The notes: generated by a model not told the origin, from the letters alone. Shown: positions 41,461 to 55,588, counted from the stretch's first letter. The stretch: DNA of 64,000 bases from Callorhinchus milii (GCF_018977255.1 NW_024704743.1:69626001-69690000), one strand, 5' to 3'. Numbers and translations: made by a program.

Positions 41461-44400
41461 ACACTGACTTCACCACTCTTCAATGAAATTCATATTTGAA
41501 GACCCCTCCAGCAACCCCCCACCCCACTTCCAGGCTGAAATCCATTACTTGAATCTCTGGAGGAGTCTGTTAAAGGGGGGCAATCCCCCCCCCCCCCCCA
41601 CCCCCCCAGGACAGACTGGGACTAATTGAGATTTCGTTTAAATAAAACAAAAAAAAAAGATCTGGTTGTTTTGAAAAGAGAAGCCACCAGGGACTTAATT
41701 ATCTGGTCTATGTCAATGCCAGGAATTTTGAGGTTTAGCAGCCCTGAAAGGCTAATGTGTAATAAAAGGAGGAAAGAAAGTAGTTGTAAATGAAAAACAT
41801 CAGGTATTTTCAAAAATCCACACTCCCATCTAATTTCATTACTGAGCCCCCAATCCATTCAAAACGTTCAATCGAAACCGATTTCTTGAAATGCAAGGAA
41901 AATAGCCAATGTGTTATTGGTATATGAACATTTAGCAAAATCGACACAGTATGGAAAATACCAGACAAGTAATACAACATCAGCAAAATGAAATGTCAAC
42001 GTGACTGTAAGTACACAAATCTAAGCAGACTTATCTAATAAACTTGAAATGTGCAGTGATAAATTAAACATGCCATAAAACAGTATGTCACCTTGTGTAA
42101 ACTTAAATAATTTAACACAATCTTTAACCCAACTCTCTGCCAGAGAGAAGCATCTAAGGGAGGCGTTTCTCACTCCAGATTGCTGTTAGTGCAGATAGCG
42201 ACTTCTTAAAGAAAGTTATCTATTTATCTTTGTGAGGGAGGAGATGAGAAGTGAAGAGATGCGTGGTATTTTTATCACACCATCAAGTGGAAACGATCTG
42301 ATGATAGATTTCTACTACTTTCCGTCCTTGGTAAAACATGTTTGCCAGTGTACAAAACCACTTAAATATTATTTTCCATAAAAACCTTGCACCTTTAGTT
42401 GCACACCCCTGCTTCATTCTGCATGTGTACAGATCAGATACTTTAGCTTTCCTATCTATTGGCTGATATTTCTTACTGATCCACATCCAATTTGGAAAAG
42501 GTTTTTTTTTTGCAATTGTATTCATCCAATTCCGTTCGAGAAATTGGTGTTTGGTGACTTTGCAAAAGATGCTGGAAAATGTTTTAGTTCCTTTTAACCC
42601 CACCTCTGCCCCCACCAGCTGGCCTCAGTTTATCAAGGGCTTGAGCATGGTGTAAGTGTAGGAAAGGGAGAAATCTCAACTCCCTGAGGATTGTCTAAAA
42701 TCAATTCTTCACACTTCACACCAGTCAGTCGGAAGCGAACTATGCAGGGATGTTTTTAACAAAGGGTAAAACAGCACAAAGACAGGAAACTTTTGCATTG
42801 TATGCGATACTCCTTTTAGTTTCCAATTGGAACCTACATTTTCACAACCTACCTATTTCAAACTGATGAGTCAGTATACTTAAGGGCTGATTCACCAATT
42901 GCCAGTAAATGTACTGGCCTTGGTAGTGTGAAGTTATGCCAAGGATTTTGCCACTACTGTATAAACTGGTCATAAGATGTTCGGTAAATTTGCAAACCAA
43001 CAAAGAATAACATTTACTAAATTAAACAAAATAGCATCCCAATTACGTCTTCATAGGCAGCTAACTAGCCATTTAATACTATTTTATAAACTTAGCCACT
43101 TGTCCAATTGGAAGGACTGTTTTTCCGCTTGGCCCGCTCTTTGTGTAAGTGCATCCAGACTAACTTCTGTGATCAGGGTAAATTTGTGCTCATCTACAAA
43201 ATAAATAACAGCACATTGGGCACGAGCGATTTGGAACTAGACAATAAATTGGGTTGGAGGTTCAGCAGTGTGAGAGAGGCAAAGATTGTAGTGGCTAAAG
43301 TCAATCAAGCGAGTAGAAAGGAAAGTGCAATTTAATACAGATACCTGCAAGGCACTACATGTAGGAAGTAAAAATAGGAAATGTAGGAGACAACAACAAA
43401 TTGCATTTGAATAGCACCTTTCATGTTGTGAGGACATCCAAGGTGCGGAGGGAGCAGCCAGATTACAGCTCCTAGGGAGCTCCGTGAAGGCGGTGAGCGG
43501 CTGGTCAGGCATACTTGCCCATTCTCTCCCTTCCTCTCCACCTCTCCTCACACGCTAGCTGATTTGAGAAGGAAGTAATGCAGATAACTAAAAGTCACAC
43601 TGTGGCCACCAGTAAGTGTTGGTTGGCCATCCCCCCAGGAGGATAGTCACTAATGGTCATTTGACCGCCAACAAGAGGTTTGAGCCCTCACTCGTTGGAT
43701 GGTAGGACAAGAGCCACACAGCTCAGCATGAAATGCGTGAGGTCACCATCTTCCTATCCACAACTTAGACACACATTCCTTCCCAATGAGCGATGGTTCC
43801 ACCAGTTTGAGGTGTGAAGCTTAAGCAGCTCTCAAACCAATCAAGGCATTCCAGGCGCTGAACGTACAAATGCGTGATCAGGAACTCGGACTCCAGGCAA
43901 CGCCTTCCAACAGCAGCCCCAAGCCTCAGTTTCCTTACCAGTTATCTGGAGGACATCTGCCTTCGCAGGAGAGCTTGTGACGTGCCAGCCACCTTGATGC
44001 TCTCAAGGTCTAAATCCAATCCTGCACCAGCTGCTTAATCCAGGTCCTTGTGTGAGAGGCCTTGACTATGCACTTTGAGACTCAACCTGGCTGCCCTGGA
44101 TGGTGTTGTATTGAACGTAACTGAGCAGTATCTGTATACTGGCATTGAACTCATTTGAAATGCATTGACACTAAGAAATGTTCTTGATATTATTAATTTG
44201 GGCAGGCAAGTTAGACAGGGAATTACAATACAAATTACATTTGTATAGAGCCTTTCACGTCAGGAGGACCTCGCAAGACACCAGTGATGATGTGAAAGGT
44301 GCTCTACAAATTTAAATTTGTATTTTAATTTGTATTGTAAATATATTATTAAAAGTATTGAGCACTTTCAGAGATGCATGCAATTTTTCAAAAAAAGTTA

Positions 44401-45234
44401 AGTATGACCTTACTTTTAAGTGAGATATCAAAAGGCAAGCCAATTCTTCATTCTGATCACTGTAAAACAAGTCAAACTTCCCTTTCAGTTGTTCCTTCTC
44501 AAACAGTTCATCTTCACTCCTGTTAGTTTCCAATGTGTAAATCATAAATGAATCTCTCTTCTCTTCAGTGGCTTGAAAAGAACTTGCTCTGCCCTGTGTG
44601 AACTGTCTTTCACAGGATAGTGTCTCGGAGCGCTTAATATAAATGTAGATGTGGGGAATAGTTTATTCAGTTTATTCAGATCGAAGAGTACGTACTATTC
44701 TGTGAGTGGTGGCAGTACTCCAGATACTCCCCAATGGCCAGGGAAACACAGTAATTTAGAGCTGATTTCAATTTCAATTCATTTAGTCAGTAGTTTATGG
44801 CTGTCAAATTATAATAATATCCCTTGCATTTGACATAGCACCTTATCACATCATTGAGATATCTCAAAGCAATTCACAGAATATACTGTTTTGATTAGTT
44901 GTTTTGTGAACAAAATGTGGCAGCCAGTTTGCGCACAGCAATTGTCCCACAAACAGCCTAGAAGTGAACGACCAGTTTTAATGGGGGAATTGTAGGCCAG
45001 GACACTGGAAAAAAACTCCCTTCTCTTTTTGAATAGTGCCATGGGATCTTTAACATCCACCTGAACAATTCCTCTTAGTACCCCTACGTTTTTGAAGAAA
45101 TATGTTAACCACGGTTCCCACTCATGATTGCTAGTTCACTGACATCTGCTGGTGGACATTGGGTCTGAATGGATCATACTCAGTTGTGCTGATCTCCAGT
45201 TCAAATGATCGCTGATATTTCTAAGATCATTCAT

Positions 45235-45575
45235 AATAATAGTAATTCTTGCATTAGATATAGTGACTTATCATATTGTTCACAGAATGTATTGTAAAAT
45301 TAATTGACTGAATTTGTTGGCGAAACCCAATAGCGAGTTGCGCACAGCAGTGTCCCACAGTCGTGGATTGAGTAACCACATTTTTTTGGGAGGGATTATT
45401 ATCCCTGGAAAGCGATCTGCCAATCGACTAACAGCTAGGTTCCTATTTACTGCTAGGTAAACAGGTGTGTGTGGAGTAAGGAAACTTGCCTGAGATTTCA
45501 CCCTTGACTGGGAATTGAACCCGGGTTCTCTTAGGGGCGAGACGGATGCTCTAACCACTAAACTACGGGATTCCA
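45235..45575 (-). mobile_element. SINE family A copy
   Basis: Reverse complement of head, core and tail. Confidence 0.88.
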
Positions 45576-47964
45576 CATGAATCATGACAACCTGGGTGAG
45601 GTAGGAGAGCTGCCAGTATCCAGGGATTAACAGCCCAGCAAGAATCACCATGCCACAAGGAGGTAGCAAGACAATGAGTGAAAATACAAACAAGAAACAC
45701 ACCTTGTTTTGACTATTGTGTATCAGAAGAAACAGATGAACCTACCTGTTTAAACTGTTTCCAAAGTGATATTGTGGGTTACAGATTTCCCACCCTGGTG
45801 GCATTTGTAATTACGTGCAGCAAAATGGGAACCAGTGTTTTTTGCATTCCTTTTAAAATGCCCAATGCTTTGCAGTAGGAACGTGCCTATGCACTCTTGG
45901 CAATTAACTATATTATATGCAGCTTAATCATTATGTGCAAATTCCATTCCATTCTCAATTATCCATTAGTATCAAGTGCATTTTGTCCACTTAAAAATGT
46001 AACTTCTCAGTTGTTACTTAATTTTTCAATAATACATTATTCCACTGGTAATTTAATTTTAGCAAGTGGGGAGAGACGATTTGACCATCAGTTATGAATC
46101 CCAGATGTGCATTTGAAAGAAAGTGTTGTCAAGTGGTATAGATCTTTGGTGAGGCTACATTTGAAGGGTTGAAATGGGGTATATGATACAATAATTACAA
46201 CCGGTGATAAATTGTTAAACTTTTTTTAAAAAGAAGAAATGTTGGGATGTTTGCTACAGGAGAATCAAAAATCCTAACCGTCAGCTGAGTTGCTGCATTG
46301 GGGCAAAATTATTTTCAGTCAGGCACGACATGGAGGAGTTGAGTAATCCCCAACAGCAGTTGTCAGCCAGGAGTGGATGGCTTGATTGATAATTATCACA
46401 ATCATTTTTCAACCCATTGTATGCCATTTTGATCATCCTGCTTTGAGAAAGACACTTGTGCTTGGGACAGGAATCAGAGAAACAAGATCCAAACAATTCC
46501 AGGGTGTAGTGTCTAGGTTATGTTATGAAGTGAGACTCAAAACTGAACATATTTTTATTGGAGAAAAGGTGGAGGGCATTTTCCAAGCATTAAGAATCCT
46601 GACCTAGGCTGTGAGAGATGAACTGGAGATGACAAGTTTAAAGTTAACAAGTATAGAAGACTAGATTCGAAAAAATATTTTTCATGGAGTCGTGGGTTTG
46701 TCCAGGTGACTTCCAACAAAAGTAATCGAGGCTGAGTCAATTCCTTGACCAGAGGTGGATAAATATCTGGTAGGGAACAGATTGGCAGTTATCGCAACAG
46801 CTATAAACTAAAATATCAAATGTTTTAAGGGCAAGATGCTACTGGGACTGTAGTGGATGACTGCTCTCTGGAGTGCACAGACCATATTTAAAAATGGGAG
46901 ATGTGGAGATGGAAGAATATTCTGAAGTTTTGTTTGAATAACTTGGAAATATGTAAGTCCCATAAAAGAGTCACTGCACTTTACAGTATATCCTGTGAGC
47001 ATGTTGGGATGTCCCCCAGGCATGAAAGATGCAATATAAAATGTAAGGATTATTTTATTATTTATGTTGAACTTTTTCTCAGGACAATTGAGGGAGGATG
47101 AGTTAATCGTTACAAGGAAGGTGGAGTTCATTATGGGGTAGATAGCAAAGATAGCAGGTGCAGACTTGGAAGGAATGCCCTTTTCTCACTGGATATTTTC
47201 TTAAGATATCCCATTGTACATCAGTTTGGCCTATTTCATAAAGTCCCAACAGCGGGTTGACTCAGGATGAAACACCAAAGATGCCCTTGCTTCTGACAGA
47301 ACTAGTCTATTTGACTTTGTCAGTATTACATATGACAAGGAGTATACCCATCGATGCCATGGAGTACTCTGTAAAATTGATTCAGAATGTTAAGTGTGCA
47401 TACTGTACATCGCAACATCATTTTCTAAGATTGACATTCTACCAGTGTAATGCGCACATTTTATTAACGTTTTCCTGAATGCACGTATTGCAGTGACTGT
47501 GCATTAAAGCAGCATTAGTTACATTCAATACTGAATAGCCACACTACTATAGGACTGTATCTATTCACAAAAATTGAAAGCCTAATAGTGGAGGGGAAAA
47601 ATGTGCACTAAAGAGAAAAATCACTTTACATTTTAATTTAAAATGTTACATTACAGGATTTGAAATTGTGCGGTTACATAATGTACAAAGGTCAACAAAT
47701 GCATTTGCTAAATGGTATTTTCTAATAGGAGCATAAGGGAACCTTTATTCCTGAAGTCTCAGAAGTCAATTTGTAGTCATACATATATGTACAACAGTAA
47801 TACATCCATCAGGGGGAGCTCTGAACCACATTTATCTTAAACTTAAAACTAGGGATATTCATTTTGCACTTCTAAAATATGGAAATTTTTTTTTCCTTGC
47901 AAAAACATTTAGGTGATAAAATATTACACATCTGCAACATTTGTAAAAATATTAGTGCTTTAGT

Positions 47965-48335
47965 GCAATTTATATTTGCAAAGCGCCTTTCACATCCAGA
48001 GGACTTTACACAGCTGACCACACACTTCAGCTGGATGGGGGTGGGGGGTGGTTCAAAACGAGAAGACAAAGCAGCTAGCATTTAAATGGGAAGGCTGGAG
48101 AGGTGAAGGGACTCCAGGAATGGTGTTCCAGGAAGTGGGGCAGAAAAGTTGAAAGCTTACCCACCAACAATGGGGTAGACTGGGTGGAGGATGTGAAGCA
48201 GGTTGTGTTAGTTGAGCAGCAGGGTGATAAGAGCCACAGCAGGTCGCAGAACAGGCTGAGATTGTGGCACGATTGGAACATGAAAACAAGGATTTTGATT
48301 TTGATCGGGTAACTGTGAAGCCAGTGGAGCTGAAC
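47965..48335 (-). mobile_element. Old L2 3' fragment
   Basis: Reverse tail (AAAGCGCCTTTCACATCC) and diverged G-rich body. Confidence 0.7.
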
Positions 48336-48434
48336 AAGTCAAAATTGTGGTTGTAGGTATGTGTTCAACAGTATCACATCCACTAGGGGGAGTTCTGTAA
48401 GGGATAGGCTCACAGAGCCTGATGTAGGATCCTA

Positions 48435-49015
48435 GAATCATACGGCACAGGAGGCCATTTGGCCCATCGTGTCTGTGTTGATTCTTTGAAAAAAGCTATC
48501 CAATTCAATCCCACTCCGCTGCTGTCTCCCCATAGCCCTGCAAACTTGTTCTCCCCAAATCTATATCTAGGATGTTATTGAATTGTCTTCCACTACCCTA
48601 TCACGCAATGCATTCCAGATCCGAACAACTCGATGGATGAAAAAATCCCCTCCGTTTCTTTTAACGATTTTAAAATCGGTGTCATTCGGTTATCAACCCT
48701 CCCACCCGCCAGTAGAAATAATTTCTCCTTGTTCACCTTATCAAATCCCTTCATAATTTTGAAAACTAAGTCTCCACTCAACCTCCTCTGCTCCAAGAAG
48801 AATAATCCTAGCTTCCCTCATAACTGAAGTCCCTCATTCCTGGTACCATTCTGCTAAATCTCATTTGCACCCTCTCCAATGCCTTGACATCCTTCCTAAA
48901 GGGTGGTGAAAGACCCACGGTACTCTAGCTGAGGCCTAACCAGTGTTTTATAAAGATTCATCATAACTTCCTGAGTTTTACTCTATGCCCCTATTTATAA
49001 AGCCTATTATCCTGT
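48435..49015 (-). mobile_element. CR1 LINE 3' fragment
   Basis: EQRRLSGDLVFKIMKGFDKVNKEKLFLL; reverse CR1 tail at 48435. Confidence 0.88.
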
Positions 49016-49914
49016 AGGGTTCCTCAGTCTGTAAAGGTGAGGGAATATTCTGTATAAGGACTAAATGGGAAGAAGCAACTTTATTTGAAGTTTAATGTGT
49101 TATTGTGCTATGAGTTAAGAAGCTCAACTATATTCAGGAAAAGTTTGAAAGTTTTAAGTTTTCCCCAAACACTGCAGGGACAGGATGTACAGGATGGAAG
49201 TGTCAGAGCTCAATAGCTGCAGTTACCAATGTTTAAGCAAAATAATCTGGGGGGGGTGGTGATGTTCACCAATTGGAGTTATTTATTATAGCAAAGTGGT
49301 AATTTCTTTCACTTCTATTATCTACTGCTCTTGGTTCTCTTTTGAGTTTCAAAGCCTATAATATGGAAGACAGGATGATACTCATTTTAAGTGTTGTCTT
49401 TGAAATTCACATACAATTTTGAATTCTCTCTATCCTGTGTTAGGAGAGAAGGAAAGCAAAAAGTTAAAAATGCTGCATTTTCACCTCTTGTATATACTGA
49501 TTCACTAACAGCTCTGTTGCTTTGCAAGCTTGGTTTATCCTTCAGATAGTGAGAGATACTGGACAAGAGAGACCAACAGATAGTGAGAGAGACTGGGCAA
49601 GACACACACTGATAGAGAATATATTATAAAGTGCAGTGACTGTTTTGTGGGAGACACAGAAAGACTGAGAGACAGAGAAACTGAGGGAGATAGAGGAGGA
49701 GGAGCCTGGGAGAGAGACTGAGGGAGACAGAGAGAAAATATATTAAAGGAGTTCTCCCAGCTGAGTATAAAGACGAAATGTCTGCCTGTCAATCTACATT
49801 CTATATTGGATGCTTTGATTGCAAGCGAAGCTAGTTATAACAAGTTTGCTATAAGACTGGTCTCCATTAAAGGCAATAACAACATAACATGTTAATTTCC
49901 AAGTCTAACATTAA

Positions 49915-50385
49915 CCTCCCTGCTTGTTGGCCTCCCCAACTCCTCCATCTACAGGCTGCAGATCATCCAGAACTTTGCAGCCCGTGTCCTCTCCCGTCCC
50001 AGTCTCTGCAACCCTATCATCCCCATCCTCACCTGACTCCACTGGCTCCCCATCACTCAGAGGATATAGTTCAAGATCCTGGTCACCTTCAAAGCCCTCC
50101 AGTCTTGCTCCCCCCTACCAACCTGTCTACTCCCTTCTCTCAACAGGATCCGGCCTGCTTCACCCCCCCCCCGAACACCATTCCAGTCCTTCCAGCTGGC
50201 CCCTCCCTTGCCTCCTTCAAAACCAGTCTCACAACCCTTTGAATGTGCCTTTGGTCACTCTCCTACCCCTAGCGTGCCCCCTTCCTGATTCCAACCACCA
50301 CCTCGGGTGCGGATCCGACTGTCCAGCGGCTTGGAACGTCCTGACGTGAAAGGTGCTATACAAATGTAATTTGATGTTGATGTTG
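49915..50385 (+). mobile_element. L2 3' fragment
   Basis: Shares GCTGCAGATCATCCAGAAC and the GTGAAAGGTGCTATACAAATGTAA tail with the other L2 copies. Confidence 0.85.
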
Positions 50386-50769
50386 GCTGTGAGGAATGAC
50401 AGTTTAGATTTGCATATTTCCATTAAGACAACAGATTTAAGAAATGTTTAGAAGAAAAAGGTCACCTCACTCTTCAGTTGCCCCTTTTCTTCTCAAATAT
50501 TTCTTAAATGGGATTCTTCCTACTTGATCTTGATAATCCTGAAAGCCAACAGCGTAGATGGACATCCCACAGCCATCTTATCAGTTCCCTTCAGCGTTAA
50601 AGCCATATGGATTTTGGCTGATTCAATTCCAGTAGAATCCAATTCTGGCTTGGTTTCTACGAACCCACCCCTGTGTTTTTTGAACATAGAAAAGGATATA
50701 CCTTTTGCATTTCGTTCTAACTCCAATTTGCTACCAAAATATTTCTAAAACGATTTGCTGTAAGAAAAA

Positions 50770-53276
50770 CAATTAAACTTTAATGCAGTAGTTTATTCAA
50801 AAAAACAGATTTGCCTTCAAGCCATAGTATACAAGTCACTGAAGACTAATCTAATTATTTATTACTGGATCCAAGATATCTAGGGACAAAATGCACATAC
50901 AAAGACAAGCAGAAAGTATATGATACACAATTAAACACATTACACTTATAGAAAGGGTAAAGGTACATAACATTTACATTCAAAGTATAAAAGTTGCAAA
51001 AATTTGAGCACATCTATTATTAACATTTTAAATGTGCAAACTATTCACAGACAACAATAGAACAAATTTTCCACATTTTCAGCAGGGACAATAAGCTTAA
51101 TTTTTTAAAAATAAACTTATACATGTACCTTACATTCAAATAATTTGTTTTGTACATTTGTTAAGGCTTGTTTTCCATTAATATGGAGGAGGGTAGGTTT
51201 TAAAGTTTACACTGCATTTCTAGCAAAAACATTTTACTTGTTTCGACTACTGAAAAGGGGGGGGGTCTAGGCAATTTATCCAAGTAGGTATATTGTACGA
51301 TATAATATGAAGGAAGTACCGACCCTGCTTAAATCTGGGAAATGTGATCCCTAATCCAAGGTTAAAATTGGCATTGTCATTCAAGATTTTCTACACAGAA
51401 AGTTGATATCGCTTTCAGCGTCAAAGGAGTACTCGCAAGTCCAAGTTGGTACCAGACTACCAAACAAAAACCCGAATAGTTAAAATACACTTGAGGGAAA
51501 ACCTCCAAGCAAGTAATATTTAAAGATTCAGATGCCAATATCTAGTTGATAGTATAGATTCACTTGGGCACCTGGAAACCATGCTATAAACTGAGGTGGA
51601 GAATACCAAGCCTACAGAGTGGTTTCCTATGACTCCATATTAGTTCTCAGGCTGATTTGAAGATGTGGCTCCCGCTGTTTCCTGTGGAGCAGCTCCATGT
51701 AAGTGATATCACCAGAGCAACCGAGTTGGGGAGGAGACCCTGAAAGATGGGCTCCATGCTGGTAAGCAAATTGGCATTTTTACAAAAATTTGAAAAATTC
51801 CAATCAGTATATTTTTTTCCATAAAATGGGGGAATACTTTGAACAAAAAGATACAACCTGAGATGGTTATGTATTTCAGCCAGCAGGAACCAGCAAGACA
51901 TGATCTACAAACGGAAACCCACAATCTCTCTAAAGCAGTTAATGGCTAGATAAGTGGAGAATATCCCTTATCGTTTTCCTATACAGATGAAATAATTTCA
52001 ATCAAAAATAAATTACAGAAAATATCGGAGAATGATATTTACTATACTCAATAAAAGTTGCTTGTAGCCCAGAGTTTCATTTGAGAGTATTGCCATTGCT
52101 GCCTTATGAGTAAATTAAAAAGACATCCAGTTTCACAATATTAAAAACAGGCCCATTAAATAACTGTGGCCCACAGTTCAATTACTTTGTTGTGAAACTA
52201 CAAGACACTGCAAGAGAAGTATGTTAAAATGTTCGCTGGGTAGACTGAGTTTGAAGCGACAGTCTCCAAAAGATTTGAAAGTACAGCCTAATTAGGGCTA
52301 GAACAAGGATACCCCATTTTACAACAAAAATCAGCCCATCAATAAAAATGGCATGGATATAAATTACAGGATCTGAATCACGTGATTTGTAGTGAAATCT
52401 CAATACTTCCTCCTAAAGAGAATCTAATTGTTTTGGTAGACATTTTTAACAAATCATGAAATTCTACTACAATACGTGATATCTTCCACTAATGATAAAA
52501 TGTGCATTTATTTGAATCTTTATTTAAATTATTCTGTTGGTAGACATGAATTTTAAAATAAAAATATTGCTTCGTCAGCAAATAGACAACCCTGCATATT
52601 GCTATTTGGAACTGCAAAATAGCAATTTGGAAGGGAGTGTTTATAATGGGTTCTTGATTGGTCTAGGAGTCATAAAAAACAAAATGTATAGTTGGATCCC
52701 TTATAATTTAGGTTCAGAACTGCAAAAATTCCCTTATTATACCCTCCTGTGAATTAGGGCATTGAATCAGTGTAATGTCACCTGTTATTAGCATTCTAGT
52801 TTTATTCAGATTACATTACATTAAAAAAACAATGGTAGACAGCAGTAAGGATGCAATTTAATCTAGTGGACAAATTGTCCTTTGGCTTTATGGCCAATCA
52901 TCTGAACTTAAAATTACAGCCTTAAAGACTCATCCACCATCCATAAATCTGTACGTTAGAGATTGTGTGGTGCCTCCGAGCAATAAGAGGTGGGTCTATG
53001 GTACTTACTACGAAACGTGGCTGTAGATACAAGAGTGATTCAACTGGAATGTGACAAAGGAACACACAATTCAGTGCTTCCAGTAGGTAAACTGATTTAA
53101 GTGTTACATGATAAAAAGTGGTGCCTGACAAGACCAACGTAATAATGCTTCTCAATTTTTTGGATCAACAGTACAGATTAGTGAAAATCACATTTGAGAC
53201 TTAAAGATCAAGTTGTTTCATCCTTACTGTAGCCAGGACCAGTTACTTCACTTCAGATGTAGGTGGTTTACCTCTT
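50770..53276 (-). other. DAZL: Probable DAZL 3'UTR (~2.5 kb)
   Basis: U-rich on the minus strand and free of recognisable SINE/LINE, unlike its flanks; ends at an AATAAA with downstream GU-rich tract. Confidence 0.65.
50792..50797 (-). terminator. Candidate distal polyadenylation signal of DAZL
   Basis: AATAAA followed by ATTAAA and TTGTTTTTC about 20-30 nt downstream on the minus strand. Confidence 0.6.
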
Positions 53277-53306
53277 CTAGACTGTAAATCTGTGTACTCT
53301 TTTCTC
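53277..53306 (-). CDS. DAZL: DAZL last coding exon, EKRVHRFTV-stop
   Basis: cttttag acceptor then GAG AAA AGA GTA CAC AGA TTT ACA GTC TAG (cf. DAZL DKRVHHF). Confidence 0.85.
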   Translation of the reverse strand, partial: EKRVHRFTV

Positions 53307-55164
53307 CTAAAAGAATGCAATGTTTTTCAGCAAAAAATCGTATTCAAACAAATTGCATTTGTAATATTAATTAATAGAAGTGGCAGGTGAGCGCCGCAAA
53401 TAAATGAATTGTCTTACATTTAAAAACAATTGTCAAACTCTGAATCAGTACTGCCTTTGCCACAATACGAAAAACGAGACTCCGCAGTAACTATTCAGAG
53501 TCCTGAAGCAATTCACTTATATTGCAGTTGTTGGGATTCACAAAAAGAGACATAGTGCAACTTCTAATCAGTGGTGACTGATATCATGAGCTTTTCCAGC
53601 AGTTTCTGGGGATGTCATTAATGTCAGGAAGTCCTCTCTGGATACTGCAGGGCCACGGTGTACCAGTGTGCTCAACTCAGTTTATTGAAGCCCAGTATAA
53701 CTAGGTCACAATATAATTTCCAGGTTCATACCTTAGTGAATCCAATTGTCTACACTAATTGAACTGTCCCCATTTGGCAGATAAATGATCCCAACCACCA
53801 GCTCGGGTGTGGATCCCTGACTGTTCAGCGTCTTGGGACGTCCTCCTGACGTGAAAGGAGCTATACAAATGTAATTTGTTGTTGTCGTTGTTAGCACTGT
53901 CTGTGGGGGTGAGGGACGAAAGGAAAGAGAAGGCTGGCACTATCAAAGAGAGAGAAGCTATGTGAGGCAAGACAGGTTAAAATTGGACAATTGTTCCACA
54001 CACTGCTGAATACAAGGCTTTGTTTCATCTGTTGCATTAAACTCAATTGGCTGGTCCTTTCGGCTAATATCAAGTGTAGTATCTGTTCTTGTCAATTACT
54101 CCTTGGGATATGTGCCTGCCAGAAAGATCTCTTTTTCAGATTTGCTTGCGTTTACATGTCTACAAACAAATCTTCCCATAAAGCTTTGTGGGAGGATTCA
54201 GCTCCTGGCATTGATATTGCAGTACTTCTGATCTGAGGAGAGGAAGCCGAGGAAAATGGAACTAGTTTGAGCACTTGATCACTAGGGTCAGGCCGGACTT
54301 GCCTGGTGGGAGAGGTGATTCGGTCACCTGTCTTGCTCGGGTGGTTATGAAGACAGGTTTCACGTCTGCATCATCCTTTGACGATATGGGATCCAAGAGT
54401 GTTTAGGGGGTGGATGAGTGCATTCCTTGTTCCCTGGAGGAATGCATTTTGGTCTTATTCAGGATGAGTAGGGCCTAATTTCGCTTAACAAAAATAATTA
54501 GCTTAGTTGGCAGTATCCTCACCTTGTTCAGAAGCTTGAGGGTTCAAAACCTCATAGTGAGACTTAAGCTCTTTATCTAGGAAGAAATTCTAGTATATTA
54601 CTGGAGGAGTGCTGCATTAACACAAAACTCACACGTTTATTCTGGTCATTTATGTAAACTTTACAATGTAGTAGAATCCCATTATAACATGACATTGGGT
54701 TCATAAAATCCCAAGCAGCGTTATAATAGGGCATTACACATGCTCACAGAAAGCTGATTGGCGTCCACCACTAAAAATTGGCTCCACGTCTGAGTTCATC
54801 ATCATCATCGTCAATTACTGCACATTGCCATGACTGGCAAGTCTCCACTTTTTAACGTGATAAGACAGACAGCTTTTGAAGCAACATAATTTGAAACAAG
54901 CTTGCTGGCTTTCTGCAGTCTTTTTGGTAACTAATTATCAGGGTTTACATTCCAATCTCACTGTAAAACAACCCATGTTAAAAACAGGGATCTACTGTAT
55001 TTTGAAAAGCAGGAAATGCCCTCATGATAATCCTCCTCCATTCAAATTCCACAAAAAAGCTTGTTGGTCTTTCAATTAGTTTTTCTTTACAGGGCATAGA
55101 TGTTTGGTGCATTTATAAACCTGCTAAAGATGAAAGTACCTCAAGTATAAGCAATGTAGACATT

Positions 55165-55588
55165 TCAAGATCCTCATCCTCACCTACAAGGCCATTCACG
55201 GCCTCGCTCCCTCCTACCTCTCCGACCTACTATCCCCCTACCTACCTTCCCGTACCCTCCGTTCCTCTGGCTCTGGTCTGCTCCACATCCCCCGCCCCAA
55301 CTGCCCTACCATCGGTGGCCGGGCCTTCAGCCTCTCAGCCCCGAGGCTCTGGAACTCCATCCCCCAGTGCCTTCGCCTTGCTGCCTCCCTTTCCTCCTTC
55401 AAGGCCGGTCTCAAGACCTTTCTCTTTGACCGTGCCTTCAGCTCCCCTCTCGACTCTCTACCCCCCTCCTCGCTCCCTCCCCTCACCCTGACCATTTCCC
55501 CCCGCTCGGGTCCTGACCTAACTGTCCAGCGCCTTGGGACGTCCTCCCGACGTGAAAGGCGCTCTATAAATGCAATCTTGTTGTTGTT
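55165..55588 (+). mobile_element. L2 3' end
   Basis: Very similar to 9125-9500, same C-rich body and (TTG)n tail. Confidence 0.9.

Noticed and set aside
42863-42897. CTGATGA plus stem resembling a hammerhead ribozyme
   Set aside because: No GAAA after stem II and no stems I/III found; other CTGATGA words I checked also failed.
43560-44110. GC-richer unique-looking block (also 21150-21700, 6600-6950, 31840-32090)
   Set aside because: No recognisable protein, splice pattern or terminal repeats; probably decayed transposons, not classifiable without a database.
44225-44320. Inverted repeat resembling an ncRNA hairpin (similar at 7530-7745)
   Set aside because: Formed by two oppositely oriented L2/SINE tails.
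50770-53276. miR-430/302 seed site in the DAZL 3'UTR
   Set aside because: I did not find GCACUU on the sense strand by eye; a computational scan would be needed to be sure.
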